DNA from: Longimicrobiales bacterium
Lineage (GTDB): Bacteria; Gemmatimonadota; Gemmatimonadetes; Longimicrobiales; Gaopeijiaceae
DNA: 64,000 bases
Assembly: GCA_965248195.1 (NCBI GenBank)
Contig: CBDFIQ010000001.1
Span: 384,001-448,000, forward strand
Direction of reading: 5' to 3'
The notes beneath the pieces are model-generated. The model did no database searches. It saw nothing but the letters and a program-made list of their open reading frames with translations, and was not told the DNA's origin. Below are positions 25,178 to 35,025 of this stretch, in pieces. Position numbers and translations under genes: made by a program. Every line of letters starts with the position of its first letter. Within the stretch, counting starts at the first letter, position 1.

Positions 25178-27358
25178 ATGAAGACACGGAAAGTGGGGCT
25201 TCTGGTCACCGCCACGTTGCTGACCGTCGCGGTCGCCTGGGTCACGCCCCTGCCTGGTCAGGCCGCCCAGAGCGACGAGATCACCGGTGTCGTGACGAGC
25301 GGCAATGGGCCGGAAGAAGGGGTATGGGTCATCGCCGAGACGGACGACCTGGCCACACGCTTCGTCAAGACCGTGGTCACCGGGGACGGCGGGCGCTTCC
25401 TGATTCCAGAGCTCCCCGAAGCCAATTACAGGGTCTGGGTCCGCGGGTACGGCCTCGTCGACTCGCCGAAGATCGACGCGACACCAGGGACCGACATCGA
25501 GCTCCAGGCGACCGTTGCGGCCAACGAGGCCGAAGCCGCCCAGGTGTATCCGGCCAACTACTGGTACTCACTGATCGAGCCGCCTGATGCGAGCGAATTC
25601 CCCGGGACCGGGCCGAGCGGCAATGGGATCGCCACGAACCTCCAGACGCAGGGCCAGTGGGTGGACATCCAGAAACAGGGTTGCATGCTGTGCCACCAGC
25701 TCGGCACTCGGGTCGTCCGCCAGATCGAGAACATCGACGAGTTCGACTCGACGCTTGCCGCCTGGGATTACCGGGTCCAGATGGGGCAGCGGGGCGGCCA
25801 GATGAGCAACGTCATGAGCCGATTCGGCCGACAGCGCGGGCTGCAGATGTTCGCCGACTGGAGCGACCGGATCGCGTCAGGCGCGCTTCCACCCAGGCCG
25901 CCCCGTCCGCAGGGCGTCGAGCGCAACGTCGTCACGACGATGTGGGAGTGGGGCACCGAGATCGACTACATCCACGACGAGATCGCGTCCGACAAGCGCG
26001 ACCCGACCGTGAACGCCAACGGACCGGTCTACGGCGTGAGCATCTCGAACGACGAGCTCGCCATTCTCGACCCGGTGACGCACGTGGCGACCAACCTCGA
26101 GGTCCCGCTACGGGCCGATCCCGCGACCGTGCGGCCGATGATTGCCGGATCGATGCAGGTGCCGTCGCGGTTCTATGGGGAGGAGCTGATCTGGAACGAC
26201 CCGGCCAACCCGCACAACCCCATGATGGATCAGAAAGGGCGGGTCTGGATGACGTCGGCGATCCGAGGTCGTGCGAACCCCGAGTGGTGCCAGGAAGGAT
26301 CGGACAACAAGTACGCGAGGTACTACCCAATGGCGAACAGTGGGCGGTCCGCGGTCTACTACGACCCGTCGACGGAGAAGTTCGTCATGATCGACACCTG
26401 CTTCGGCACGCACCACCTGCAGTTTGCCGAGGACGATGACAACACGCTCTTCTTCAGCGGTGGCGGCCAGGTCGTCGGGTGGATCAACACCGACGTCTAC
26501 GACGAGACGGGCGACGAGCAGTTCTCGCAGGGCTGGTGTCCTACCGTCATCGACACCAACGGCGACGGCAGGATCACGAAGCCATGGAACGAGCCTCAGA
26601 GTGGGAACATCGAGAACTTCGACCCAACCAAGGACACACGCGTGGGGGCGGGCAGCTATGGCCTCGTGGCCGACCCCGAGGTGGGCACGGCGGTCTGGCT
26701 CTCCTCGACGCGGTACCCGGGCAGGGTCGTGCGCTTGGACATCGGCGACAACCCGCCGGGGACCTGCATCACCGAGATGTACGAGGTGCCGTCGGTGCTC
26801 GACGCGAGCGTGCCAGAGGACGAGACCGGCTTCGGCCCGCACGGCATCGACATCGACCGCGACGGCGTCGTCTGGACGGCGCTCTCGGGCAGCAGCCACT
26901 TCGCCTCGTTCGACCGGAAGAAGTGCGACGCGAACGGACCGGAGATCCTCGACGGGCGCCACTGCGTCGAGGGATGGACGCTCTATCCGACACCGGGCCC
27001 GAACATCCGGAACACCGATCCGCCGCTGCGGGCGGACTACCACTACTACAACTGGGTGGACCAGCACAATACGTTGGGTCTGGGCAACAACATCCCGATC
27101 GCCAACGGGTCGAACTCCGATGCGTTACTGGCGCTCATCCCGGACACGGGCGAGTGGGTTGTCCTGCGCGTGCCGTATCCACAGGGCTTCTTCAGCCGCG
27201 GGCTCGACGGTCGTATCGACGACCCGGACGGCGGGTGGAAGGGTCGCGGCGTGTGGGCGACGTACGGCGCGGCGGTCACGTGGCACATCGAGGGCGGCAG
27301 GGGGGTCAAGCCCGGGATGATCAAGTTCCAGGTTCGCCCCGACCCGCTAGCCAACTAG
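25178..27358 (+). CDS. Secreted protein with carboxypeptidase-regulatory-like N-domain, one CxxCH heme motif and beta-propeller region
   Basis: Signal peptide; 'GVWVIAET', 'WVRGYGLVDS', 'CMLCH', 'RVPYPQGFFSRGLDGRIDD'. Confidence 0.8.
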   Translation: MKTRKVGLLVTATLLTVAVAWVTPLPGQAAQSDEITGVVTSGNGPEEGVWVIAETDDLATRFVKTVVTGDGGRFLIPELPEANYRVWVRGYGLVDSPKIDATPGTDIELQATVAANEAEAAQVYPANYWYSLIEPPDASEFPGTGPSGNGIATNLQTQGQWVDIQKQGCMLCHQLGTRVVRQIENIDEFDSTLAAWDYRVQMGQRGGQMSNVMSRFGRQRGLQMFADWSDRIASGALPPRPPRPQGVERNVVTTMWEWGTEIDYIHDEIASDKRDPTVNANGPVYGVSISNDELAILDPVTHVATNLEVPLRADPATVRPMIAGSMQVPSRFYGEELIWNDPANPHNPMMDQKGRVWMTSAIRGRANPEWCQEGSDNKYARYYPMANSGRSAVYYDPSTEKFVMIDTCFGTHHLQFAEDDDNTLFFSGGGQVVGWINTDVYDETGDEQFSQGWCPTVIDTNGDGRITKPWNEPQSGNIENFDPTKDTRVGAGSYGLVADPEVGTAVWLSSTRYPGRVVRLDIGDNPPGTCITEMYEVPSVLDASVPEDETGFGPHGIDIDRDGVVWTALSGSSHFASFDRKKCDANGPEILDGRHCVEGWTLYPTPGPNIRNTDPPLRADYHYYNWVDQHNTLGLGNNIPIANGSNSDALLALIPDTGEWVVLRVPYPQGFFSRGLDGRIDDPDGGWKGRGVWATYGAAVTWHIEGGRGVKPGMIKFQVRPDPLAN

Positions 27359-27416
27359 CCCGCCGTGACCAGTCTGGCTACGGACATCGCCTTCTTGAAA
27401 ACGGGAGCGCTCTATC

Positions 27417-28619
27417 ATGCCTAGCATCAGAGTTTCCAGATCCCTGTGGGCGTTCGGTCTCCTCGCTTTGGCCGGCTGTAGTGGGGTCGAACCAGCGGTG
27501 TGGCAGGAGGCGTTCCCCACCTTCACGAAGCACACGATCGCCGAGTTGGACGGGGGATCCTACGCGGTTGTCTTTGACGTCGATGGTGACGGGATGCAAG
27601 ACGTTGTAGCGTTTCCCGGGGGCAGAGCCGAACTGATGTGGTTCAAGAACCCGACCTGGGAAAAATTCAACATCACAACAGGGACCGAACGGTTCATCAA
27701 CATGGCCCCGTATGATGTCGATGGGGACGGCGATGTGGACCTCGCCATCGCCAGCGAGTTCGCCCTAGGGGACTCCAACAACGGCGGATTGATTCATTGG
27801 GTCGAGTCTCCCGACGACCCGACCACGAACCAAGAATGGGCGCTCCACTCCATAGATGCCGTCCCCGCGTCGCACAGGATCAGATGGGGAGACATAGATG
27901 GCGATGGGAGGAAGGAGCTCCTGAACCTCCCGATTATCGGGATCGGGGTCACCGGCCCCGAGTACGTGGGTGCGTCGCAGTTCAAGGCTTATCACATTCC
28001 CGATGACCCCACGGGTGCGTGGGAGCAGCAGGTGCTAGACGACTCCCGCCTGGAGGTGGCGCACGGCATCAGCGTCGTGGATTGGGACGGCGATCGGGCT
28101 GAGGATATCCTGACGGCCAGCAACGCCGGCGTCTTCCTATTCCAACCGGCGCTGGGAATTCAACCCCGGCACATCGGGGCCGGCCTTGACGCGCCGCGTC
28201 CGAATCGAGGGTCGAGCGAGGTCAGCCTCGGCACCTTGGGCGGCGACCGCTTCTTCGCCACGATCGAGCCGTGGCACGGCACCGACGCCGTTGTCTACAC
28301 GGCGGGCGACTCGGAGGAAGGCCTCTGGCTCCGCGAGGTCATCGGGACCGAGTTCGAGGGTGGACACGCGTTGATCGCCGTAGATCTGAACGACGACGGA
28401 TATGACGAGATCGTCGCGGGAGGCCGAGGCGGAGATTGGGCCCTGATGATCTACCGGTATCTACCGAGCTCCGACTCCTGGGAGAAAATTCCGCTGGATA
28501 TAGGCGGCGTGGCGGTTTCGGGTCTCTACATCAGCGACATCAATGGAGATGGTGCACTCGATATCATTGCCATCGGGGGAGCCACCGACAACGTGGTCTT
28601 TTACGAGAACTCGCGATGA
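27417..28619 (+). CDS. FG-GAP/VCBS repeat lipoprotein
   Basis: Lipobox 'LAGC'; repeated 'D.DGDG..D' motifs. Confidence 0.88.
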   Translation: MPSIRVSRSLWAFGLLALAGCSGVEPAVWQEAFPTFTKHTIAELDGGSYAVVFDVDGDGMQDVVAFPGGRAELMWFKNPTWEKFNITTGTERFINMAPYDVDGDGDVDLAIASEFALGDSNNGGLIHWVESPDDPTTNQEWALHSIDAVPASHRIRWGDIDGDGRKELLNLPIIGIGVTGPEYVGASQFKAYHIPDDPTGAWEQQVLDDSRLEVAHGISVVDWDGDRAEDILTASNAGVFLFQPALGIQPRHIGAGLDAPRPNRGSSEVSLGTLGGDRFFATIEPWHGTDAVVYTAGDSEEGLWLREVIGTEFEGGHALIAVDLNDDGYDEIVAGGRGGDWALMIYRYLPSSDSWEKIPLDIGGVAVSGLYISDINGDGALDIIAIGGATDNVVFYENSR

Positions 28620-28717
28620 GCCCCCTAGGCTAGGGAATCGCCCCCTCCGTCGTCAGCCGGATCCTGTAGAGATCGGTGTGGGACCTCCGCAGCCAGCGCC
28701 GTACCTGAGTATATCCC

Positions 28718-31150
28718 ATGAGTATATCCCCGTCCGTCGCTGGATCGATCAAGCCCGATAGGACAATCAGGAAACTCGCGATGGGCCTGACACCAACCGG
28801 ATTCCTCACTGGATCGCTGACGGCCGGGTTACTCTTCATATTGCCACTGCAGCTGACGGCTCAAGCTCCGGTTGCCACTGAAGCCGACCGTATGCAAATC
28901 GATGGTCCGCCTCCACCTGTAGCCCCAGACGTGATCAGCAGGGACGATGAGGGCGGAGCCACTGTTCGGGCCATCCGAGTGACGGAACCCATGCGGATTG
29001 ACGGCGAGCTTGACGAGGCCTTTTACCGGACGACCCCGTCGATCTCGGACTTCGTTCAGAGCGTGCCCGATGAGGGGGCAACCCCGACCGAGCACACAGA
29101 GGCCTGGATCGCCTTCGACGACAGCAACGTCTACGTGTCCGGGCGCGTATGGGACTCCGCGCCGGAGAGCGAATGGGTTGCCAACGAGATGCGGCGGGAC
29201 GCACAGCAGATCCGGTCGAACGATAACTTCGGGGTCTTCCTGGATACCTTCTACGATCGCCGCAGCGCCGTGACATTCTATGTGAATTCGCTCGGTGCGT
29301 TTACCGACATGCAGATAACGAACGAGGGAAATCCCAACCGCGACTGGAACCCGATCGTCGACATCCAGACCGGTCGCTTCGACGGAGGCTGGACGGTCGA
29401 GATGGCGATTCCCTTCAAATCTCTCCGCTATCGTGCGGGCAGGGAGCAGGTCTGGGGGATCCAGTTGCGGCGGAACGTCATTCGCAGGAACGAGTGGAAT
29501 TATCTCACGTTCCTTCCACTCTCTGTAGCCGGAAACGGCTCGATGGGACTTTTTCGCGTGTCGATGTATGGAACACTGGTGGGAATCGAGGCACCACCCT
29601 CCGGCTGGAATCTGGAGGTCAAGCCCTATGCAATCTCAGGGCTCGAGACAGACATGAACGTCGATCCTGTGATCTCCAACGACGTCAACGTGAATGCGGG
29701 GTTGGACATCAAGTACGGAATCACCGAGAACCTGACGGCGGATCTCACCTTCAACACGGATTTCGCACAAGTCGAGGTGGACGAGCAGCAGGTCAACCTG
29801 ACCCGGTTCAGTCTCTTCTTCCCGGAAAAGAGGGAGTTCTTTCTTGAAGGCCGGGGAATCTTCGACTTCGGGAGAGGTGGGAATACTGGTGGGGGCGGTC
29901 TCAGAGGTGGCGGTGGCGGCTCTGGTGGCAGAGGCCGCTCTGGTGGTGGAGCACCTACGCTCTTCTACAGCCGACAGATCGGTTTGCAGGATGGAGAGCC
30001 GATCCCGATCCTCGCAGGCGGGAGGATCACCGGAAAGATCGGCTCGTTCGACGTGGGAGCCATAGGCATTCAGACAGACGACCATCCAGACGCCGGAGCC
30101 GAGTCCACCAACTTCACGGTGCTTCGTCTCCGCCGCGACATCCTCGCTCGAAGTAGCGTGGGAGTCCTCTTCGAGAACCGCTCGACTTCCATCAAGGGGA
30201 CAGGGGGATCCAACCAAGCATACGGAGTCGATGCAAGCTTTGCCTTCTTCGACAATGTGAGCTTTCTGGCCTACTACGCGAAGACAAGAACCGAAGGGTT
30301 GCGCGGAAACGACGAAAGCTATCGATCCAGCTTCAACTATGCCGCGGACAAATGGGGTGCATCCATCGACCATCTCATGGTGGGAGATGACTTCAATCCG
30401 GAGGTCGGGTTCGTTCGCCGAAAGGACTTCCGACAGACATCGACTTCGGGACGCTTCAGTCCCCGTCCCGAGTCCATCTCGTGGATTCGTCGGCTCACCT
30501 TTCAGGGGAACCTCGAGTATCTGGAGAACGAGCGGATCGGCTTCGTAGAAAGCCGCAACTGGGGAGGAAGCTTCCAGATCGAGTTCGAAAACGGCGATGG
30601 CTTCAGCATCAATTCTAGGGAAAGTTATGAGAATCTGATCGAAGACACGGACATTTCAGGCGCGACGATCCCTTTGGGCCGATACTCCTTCCGCGATGTT
30701 CAGGTGAGCTACATCTTCGGCCCACAGCGTCGTATGTCTGGCAACGTATCCGTGAGGAAGGGTAGCTTCTACTCGGGCGACATCACGTCCGTGGGTTTCA
30801 GTCGCGGTCGAATTGAGGTTCTACCACAGCTCTCTGTCGAGCCCAGCATCGAGTTCAACTGGATCAGTCTGCCAGATCAACAAGAGTTCGAGGGCGAGTT
30901 CAATCAACACGTCACCCGGGCCCGGGTGAGCTACAGTCTGAGCCCTCGCACGTTCGTGAGTGCACTGGTCCAATACAACGCGGGCAGTGATACCTTCAGC
31001 AACAACTTTCGGCTGCGGTGGGAATGGGCGCCGGGGAGTGAGCTTTTCATCGTGTACACTGAGGAGCGAATCACGGACGTGTTTGACCGGTGGTCCGAGC
31101 TCTCGAACCGTGGACTGGTGATCAAGGTGAACCGGTTACTTCGGATCTGA
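28718..31150 (+). CDS. DUF5916/CBM9-like outer membrane protein (start may be 28781)
   Basis: 'IDGELDE', 'WTVEMAIPFKSLRY', 'NTDFAQVEVD', 'FPEKREFFLEG'; beta-barrel-like C-terminus. Confidence 0.85.
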   Translation: MSISPSVAGSIKPDRTIRKLAMGLTPTGFLTGSLTAGLLFILPLQLTAQAPVATEADRMQIDGPPPPVAPDVISRDDEGGATVRAIRVTEPMRIDGELDEAFYRTTPSISDFVQSVPDEGATPTEHTEAWIAFDDSNVYVSGRVWDSAPESEWVANEMRRDAQQIRSNDNFGVFLDTFYDRRSAVTFYVNSLGAFTDMQITNEGNPNRDWNPIVDIQTGRFDGGWTVEMAIPFKSLRYRAGREQVWGIQLRRNVIRRNEWNYLTFLPLSVAGNGSMGLFRVSMYGTLVGIEAPPSGWNLEVKPYAISGLETDMNVDPVISNDVNVNAGLDIKYGITENLTADLTFNTDFAQVEVDEQQVNLTRFSLFFPEKREFFLEGRGIFDFGRGGNTGGGGLRGGGGGSGGRGRSGGGAPTLFYSRQIGLQDGEPIPILAGGRITGKIGSFDVGAIGIQTDDHPDAGAESTNFTVLRLRRDILARSSVGVLFENRSTSIKGTGGSNQAYGVDASFAFFDNVSFLAYYAKTRTEGLRGNDESYRSSFNYAADKWGASIDHLMVGDDFNPEVGFVRRKDFRQTSTSGRFSPRPESISWIRRLTFQGNLEYLENERIGFVESRNWGGSFQIEFENGDGFSINSRESYENLIEDTDISGATIPLGRYSFRDVQVSYIFGPQRRMSGNVSVRKGSFYSGDITSVGFSRGRIEVLPQLSVEPSIEFNWISLPDQQEFEGEFNQHVTRARVSYSLSPRTFVSALVQYNAGSDTFSNNFRLRWEWAPGSELFIVYTEERITDVFDRWSELSNRGLVIKVNRLLRI

Positions 31151-31213
31151 GTAGGGCACGGGGGGGAACGTGCAATTCTGACCAACAGCCTGTCGGCTAG
31201 GTACGGCGGGCCT

Positions 31214-31336
31214 ATGAAACGCCTACGCCAACTGATCCATGAGATACACCGCCGCAGTCTGTGGCGGGTTGCTCCATTGTCTCAGCGGTACGTCGAGATC
31301 GCGGCTGAGTACGGCGTGGAGTGCCCTCCTACCTGA
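31214..31336 (+). pseudogene. 5' fragment of a membrane-anchored protein gene (MKRLRQLIHEIHRRSLW...)
   Basis: Recognisable N-terminal motif that is lost after about 19 codons. Confidence 0.45.
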
Positions 31337-32405
31337 CCCGTACGTACTTCTGCAGGTTCCGCGGGACGGGCTCACCGCCGTACATGTTCCCCTCGCGATC
31401 CACCGCGACGAACTCTGCCCCGTTTCCGAGCACGACCGCAGGGTCTCCCCACGGGTAGACGATGAAGTCCGTCACCCAGCCCGTCTCGGCTGATCCGATC
31501 CGGATCCCCATCTCCCAGCCCGGATTCTGCACGTTGTCGGACTCCGAGTCGGCCACAAAGATCTGCCCGTTCGTGTCGAACGCGATTCCGCTCGGCCGCC
31601 CGAACTGCGTCCACGTGGCCAGGTGCGTCCCTTCCTGATCGAAGATCTGGACTCGGTTGTTGCTCCGGTCCCCGACGAAGATCCGTCCCCTGGAGTCCAT
31701 CTCGATGGCGTGCAGAGCACGGAATTCCCCGGGTGCGTATCCGGTCTGGCCCCACGACATGATGAACCGACCGTCGCTCGTGAACTTCATGACGCGGTTG
31801 TTTCCGTCGTTGTTGTGGCCGTCCGCGATGAAGACGTTGCCGTTGGGTGCCGCGACCACGTCGGACGGGGAGTCGAAGCTGTTCCGATCGCTGCCGGCCA
31901 TGCCCGGTGTGCCGAGGCGCAGCAGCACGTCACCCGTGGGGCTGAACTTGTAGACCAGGTGCCCCCGCTGGTCACCGTCCGGGATGTTGTCCGAGCCCAC
32001 GGCGTCGGTTACCCAAACGTTGCCATCACGGTCGACATCGATGCCGTGTGGCCAGATGAACAACCCGCTGCCGAAGCTCTCCACGACCTTCCCGTCGAGG
32101 TCGAACTTGACTATCGGATCAAGGTCGGAATCCACGCACTCGTTGCCGAACCGGCTCGGTGTCACATCGAATCCGCGGGCGTCGCAACGTATCACCGCCC
32201 ACAGGTGATCTCCGTCCGGGTCCATCGTGACCTTGCCGACCGCGCCCATCCGTCTTCCGTCAGGCAGCTGGGCCCAGCCGTCCACCAGGCGGAAGGGGCT
32301 GGGGCCCGAGGTCTGCGCTGTCGCCTCCGCGGGAACCATGAGTGCCAGCGCCGCGACGGCGCACATCCACGGGACGAGACTCGACTTCCGGCTCCGGGTC
32401 GACAT
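31329..32405 (-). CDS. NHL-repeat protein (peptidyl-alpha-hydroxyglycine lyase-like)
   Basis: Signal peptide; 'WPHGIDVD.DGNVWVTD', 'GRIFVGDRSNNRVQIFDQEG'; GGAGG RBS. Confidence 0.88.
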   Translation of the reverse strand: MSTRSRKSSLVPWMCAVAALALMVPAEATAQTSGPSPFRLVDGWAQLPDGRRMGAVGKVTMDPDGDHLWAVIRCDARGFDVTPSRFGNECVDSDLDPIVKFDLDGKVVESFGSGLFIWPHGIDVDRDGNVWVTDAVGSDNIPDGDQRGHLVYKFSPTGDVLLRLGTPGMAGSDRNSFDSPSDVVAAPNGNVFIADGHNNDGNNRVMKFTSDGRFIMSWGQTGYAPGEFRALHAIEMDSRGRIFVGDRSNNRVQIFDQEGTHLATWTQFGRPSGIAFDTNGQIFVADSESDNVQNPGWEMGIRIGSAETGWVTDFIVYPWGDPAVVLGNGAEFVAVDREGNMYGGEPVPRNLQKYVRVR

Positions 32406-32582
32406 GATCGTACCTCCTCTGGACAGGCTCGAGTGTGGGACGGCAACCGTACGCGGGAGTCTCGAGGCGGTCAAGGCTCTGGATGGGGCTGTGGTCAGGG
32501 TACTCAAGAGGTCGCGATGGCCTGCCGGAGTCTCGGCGGATATCCTAAAACAGAATCCCCTGGATCGCTCGGAGGAAGACGA

Positions 32583-33800
32583 ATGAGGCAAGGACCTGAA
32601 AGGCACCGGAGCACCGGATTGAACCGTCGCGAGTTTCTCGGCGTTGGGGCGCTTCCACTGGCGGCTGGATTGGCGGCCAAGGATTTCGGTGCCAAGAGCA
32701 TCGGCACGAAGCACGAGACGAAGAGGAAGCAGTCTGCACAGGCGATTGTTCGCGTCGGCCTCGTGGGCGCGGGCGGTATCGTGCAGAGGGCCCAGCTTCC
32801 GAACTTTCGACAGATCCCGGGATGCGAGGTCGTTGCCGTGGCGAATCGCAGCTTGGCTTCCAGTCAGAGAGTTACTGAGGCGTTCAACATTCCGACGGCT
32901 TATGCCAACTGGAAGGAATTGCTGGACGACGAGAGCATTGACGCCATCATGATCGGAACCCCGCCCTACATGCATCACATTCTGACCTTGGAGGGGCTCG
33001 AGAACGGGAAACACGTGCTGTGCCAGTCTCGCATGGCCATGAACGCACAAGAGGCCCGAGACATGCTGGAGGCGGCGCGGCGCCACCCGAATTTGGTCTG
33101 CCAGCTGGTCGTGGGCCGGCGCCAAGCCGCTTTGGCACGACTGATCGAAGATGGATTCCTCGGTGAGCTGCTCTCCGCCGATATCCGCAGGCTGGGATCC
33201 GACGCCTCGCTCGGTGCTTCTCCAGACAGACGACGCGGCTTCGTCGACTTCGGAGCGGACTTGCACTGGCGCGTAGACCCCGACCTCAACGGGTTCAATA
33301 TCCCGTTGGGCCTGGGTGCTGCCTATGAAAGCATGAGTCGGTTGTTGGGGCGGGCGACACGGGTCATGGCGATGACCAAGGTGCACGCGCCGCATCGACG
33401 CGCTGCGGACGGGCAGATGGTTGCCAAGGGCGGAGTGGACCACGTGGACATTCTCTACGAGGTCGTCAACGGGGCACAGGTTCACCTGAGGGTGAGCTCG
33501 ACAACGGCACTAGCGGGCGGAAATCAGACCTGGCTCTTCGGCAGCGAGGGAACCATCCACATTGGCGGCGGCCGAATCCTCGGTGGACGCCGCGGCGACT
33601 CCGAGCTCCGTGAGATTCCCGACTCCCCGCAGGAACCGAGCGTTCGGCGCGTGGGGGTGGAAGAGCGGTTCGTCAACACGATTCGGGGAACCGCCGAGAA
33701 CACCACGGAATCCCTTGAAATAGGTGTCGATTACATGGAGTTCTCGGAGGCCGTGCATCGCAGCGGGCAGACCGGTCGGGCTGTGAATCTACCGTTGTGA
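32583..33800 (+). CDS. Gfo/Idh/MocA oxidoreductase with Tat signal
   Basis: 'NRREFLG'; 'VGLVGAGG', 'IGTPPYMH', 'GKHVLCQSRMA'. Confidence 0.9.
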   Translation: MRQGPERHRSTGLNRREFLGVGALPLAAGLAAKDFGAKSIGTKHETKRKQSAQAIVRVGLVGAGGIVQRAQLPNFRQIPGCEVVAVANRSLASSQRVTEAFNIPTAYANWKELLDDESIDAIMIGTPPYMHHILTLEGLENGKHVLCQSRMAMNAQEARDMLEAARRHPNLVCQLVVGRRQAALARLIEDGFLGELLSADIRRLGSDASLGASPDRRRGFVDFGADLHWRVDPDLNGFNIPLGLGAAYESMSRLLGRATRVMAMTKVHAPHRRAADGQMVAKGGVDHVDILYEVVNGAQVHLRVSSTTALAGGNQTWLFGSEGTIHIGGGRILGGRRGDSELREIPDSPQEPSVRRVGVEERFVNTIRGTAENTTESLEIGVDYMEFSEAVHRSGQTGRAVNLPL

Positions 33801-33904
33801 GTTCCGGGGTCGTGCGCAGGTAACAAGAGCAGTTCTTTGACGCGCGGGTCGGCAGATGTCACGTTAAGCCGCTGAAGTTCCTCTTCGGCACAGGAGGATG
33901 TATC

Positions 33905-34936
33905 ATGCGTAGACCCGCCAGTGTCCTACTCATCCTTCCAGTTTTCTTGGTCCAGGCTTGTACTCGGTCACAGAGCAGCGAGCTTCCTATTATCGACGTT
34001 CACAACCACGCCCAAAGCCCCTCCGCTTGGGGCCCGCCACCCGTCATGGCCTGCGCAGCGGAGGTGACGTTCCCTGCGCCCGAGCCGGGGGCGCTACCGT
34101 CGCCAGATCGCACCGGACGTCCGCAAAACGGCTATAACCTGGAGTCGGCCGCGGAGTGTGATTCGGAATTCATGATCCAGGGGCAAATGACGGATGAGGA
34201 CGTGATGCAGCGGACGTTCGAGATGATGGAGCGCTACAACGTCGTCACCAGTGTCTTTACCGGCTCGATGGCCCGCCTTAATCAGTGGAAGGCGGCGGCG
34301 CCGGACCGTGTCATTCCGGCAATCGGTGTGGCGCCAACAGATTCGCTTCGGAAATGGGCCTCGGAAGGGACGATCGAAGTCCTCGGGGAGTTCTTTTTTC
34401 AGTATGGAGGCGTGTCACCCACGGATCCAATTGTGGAACCGTATTTCGCGCTCGCCGAGGAGTTGGATCTTCCTATCGCGTTCCATGTTGGCTTTGGTCC
34501 GCCCGCCACGCCGTACGTGCGCGGCCCTACGTACCGTATGAGCCTCAGTAACCCTCTGCTTCTTGAAGATTTGCTAATTCGTCATCCGAATGTGCGCATC
34601 TATCTGATGGAGGCCGCATGGCCCATGCTCGATCAGGTCATTGGGCTTCTCTACGCTCACCCCCAGGTTTACCTCGACATCGGCCGCCTCACCTGGGAAA
34701 TTCCGAGAAAGGAATTCCATACGTACCTCAAGCGGATCGTCGAAGCCGGCTTTGGGAAACGCGTCATGTTCGGCTCTGACGCGATGATCTGGCCGGACGT
34801 GATTCCGATTGCGATCGAAGCTGTCGAAACAGCCGAGTTCCTGGACCCGACCCAGAAGCGGGACATTTTCTATAACAATGCCGCTCGGTTCTTTCGTTTG
34901 AGTGAAGAAGAGATCGCCAAACATCACGGCCGGTAA
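33905..34936 (+). CDS. Amidohydrolase family 2 lipoprotein
   Basis: 'IIDVHNH', 'LPIAFHVG', 'RVMFGSD', 'IFYNNAARF'. Confidence 0.88.
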   Translation: MRRPASVLLILPVFLVQACTRSQSSELPIIDVHNHAQSPSAWGPPPVMACAAEVTFPAPEPGALPSPDRTGRPQNGYNLESAAECDSEFMIQGQMTDEDVMQRTFEMMERYNVVTSVFTGSMARLNQWKAAAPDRVIPAIGVAPTDSLRKWASEGTIEVLGEFFFQYGGVSPTDPIVEPYFALAEELDLPIAFHVGFGPPATPYVRGPTYRMSLSNPLLLEDLLIRHPNVRIYLMEAAWPMLDQVIGLLYAHPQVYLDIGRLTWEIPRKEFHTYLKRIVEAGFGKRVMFGSDAMIWPDVIPIAIEAVETAEFLDPTQKRDIFYNNAARFFRLSEEEIAKHHGR

Positions 34937-34976
34937 CCCGCGGGCACGGCCTTTACTGGGGCAAATCGAGGCACTC

Positions 34977-35008
34977 ACGCCCGATCCCATCACTCGCCTG
35001 AACGCAGC
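34977..35008 (+). repeat. Degenerate Ser/Thr kinase start fragment (TPDPITRLNAA)
   Basis: Matches the starts at 54172 and 63954, with ACG in place of ATG. Confidence 0.7.
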
Positions 35009-35025
35009 ACATAAGGAGTCCCCTC

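Noticed and set aside
28706..28730. TGAGTATATCCC direct repeat at the DUF5916 gene start
   Set aside because: Real 12-bp duplication, but with no element between the copies and no other support for a function
31623..33485. Apparent 700-aa overlapping ORFs on both strands
   Set aside because: These are upstream extensions of two divergent genes; RBS and signal peptides place the real starts at 32405 (-) and 32583 (+)
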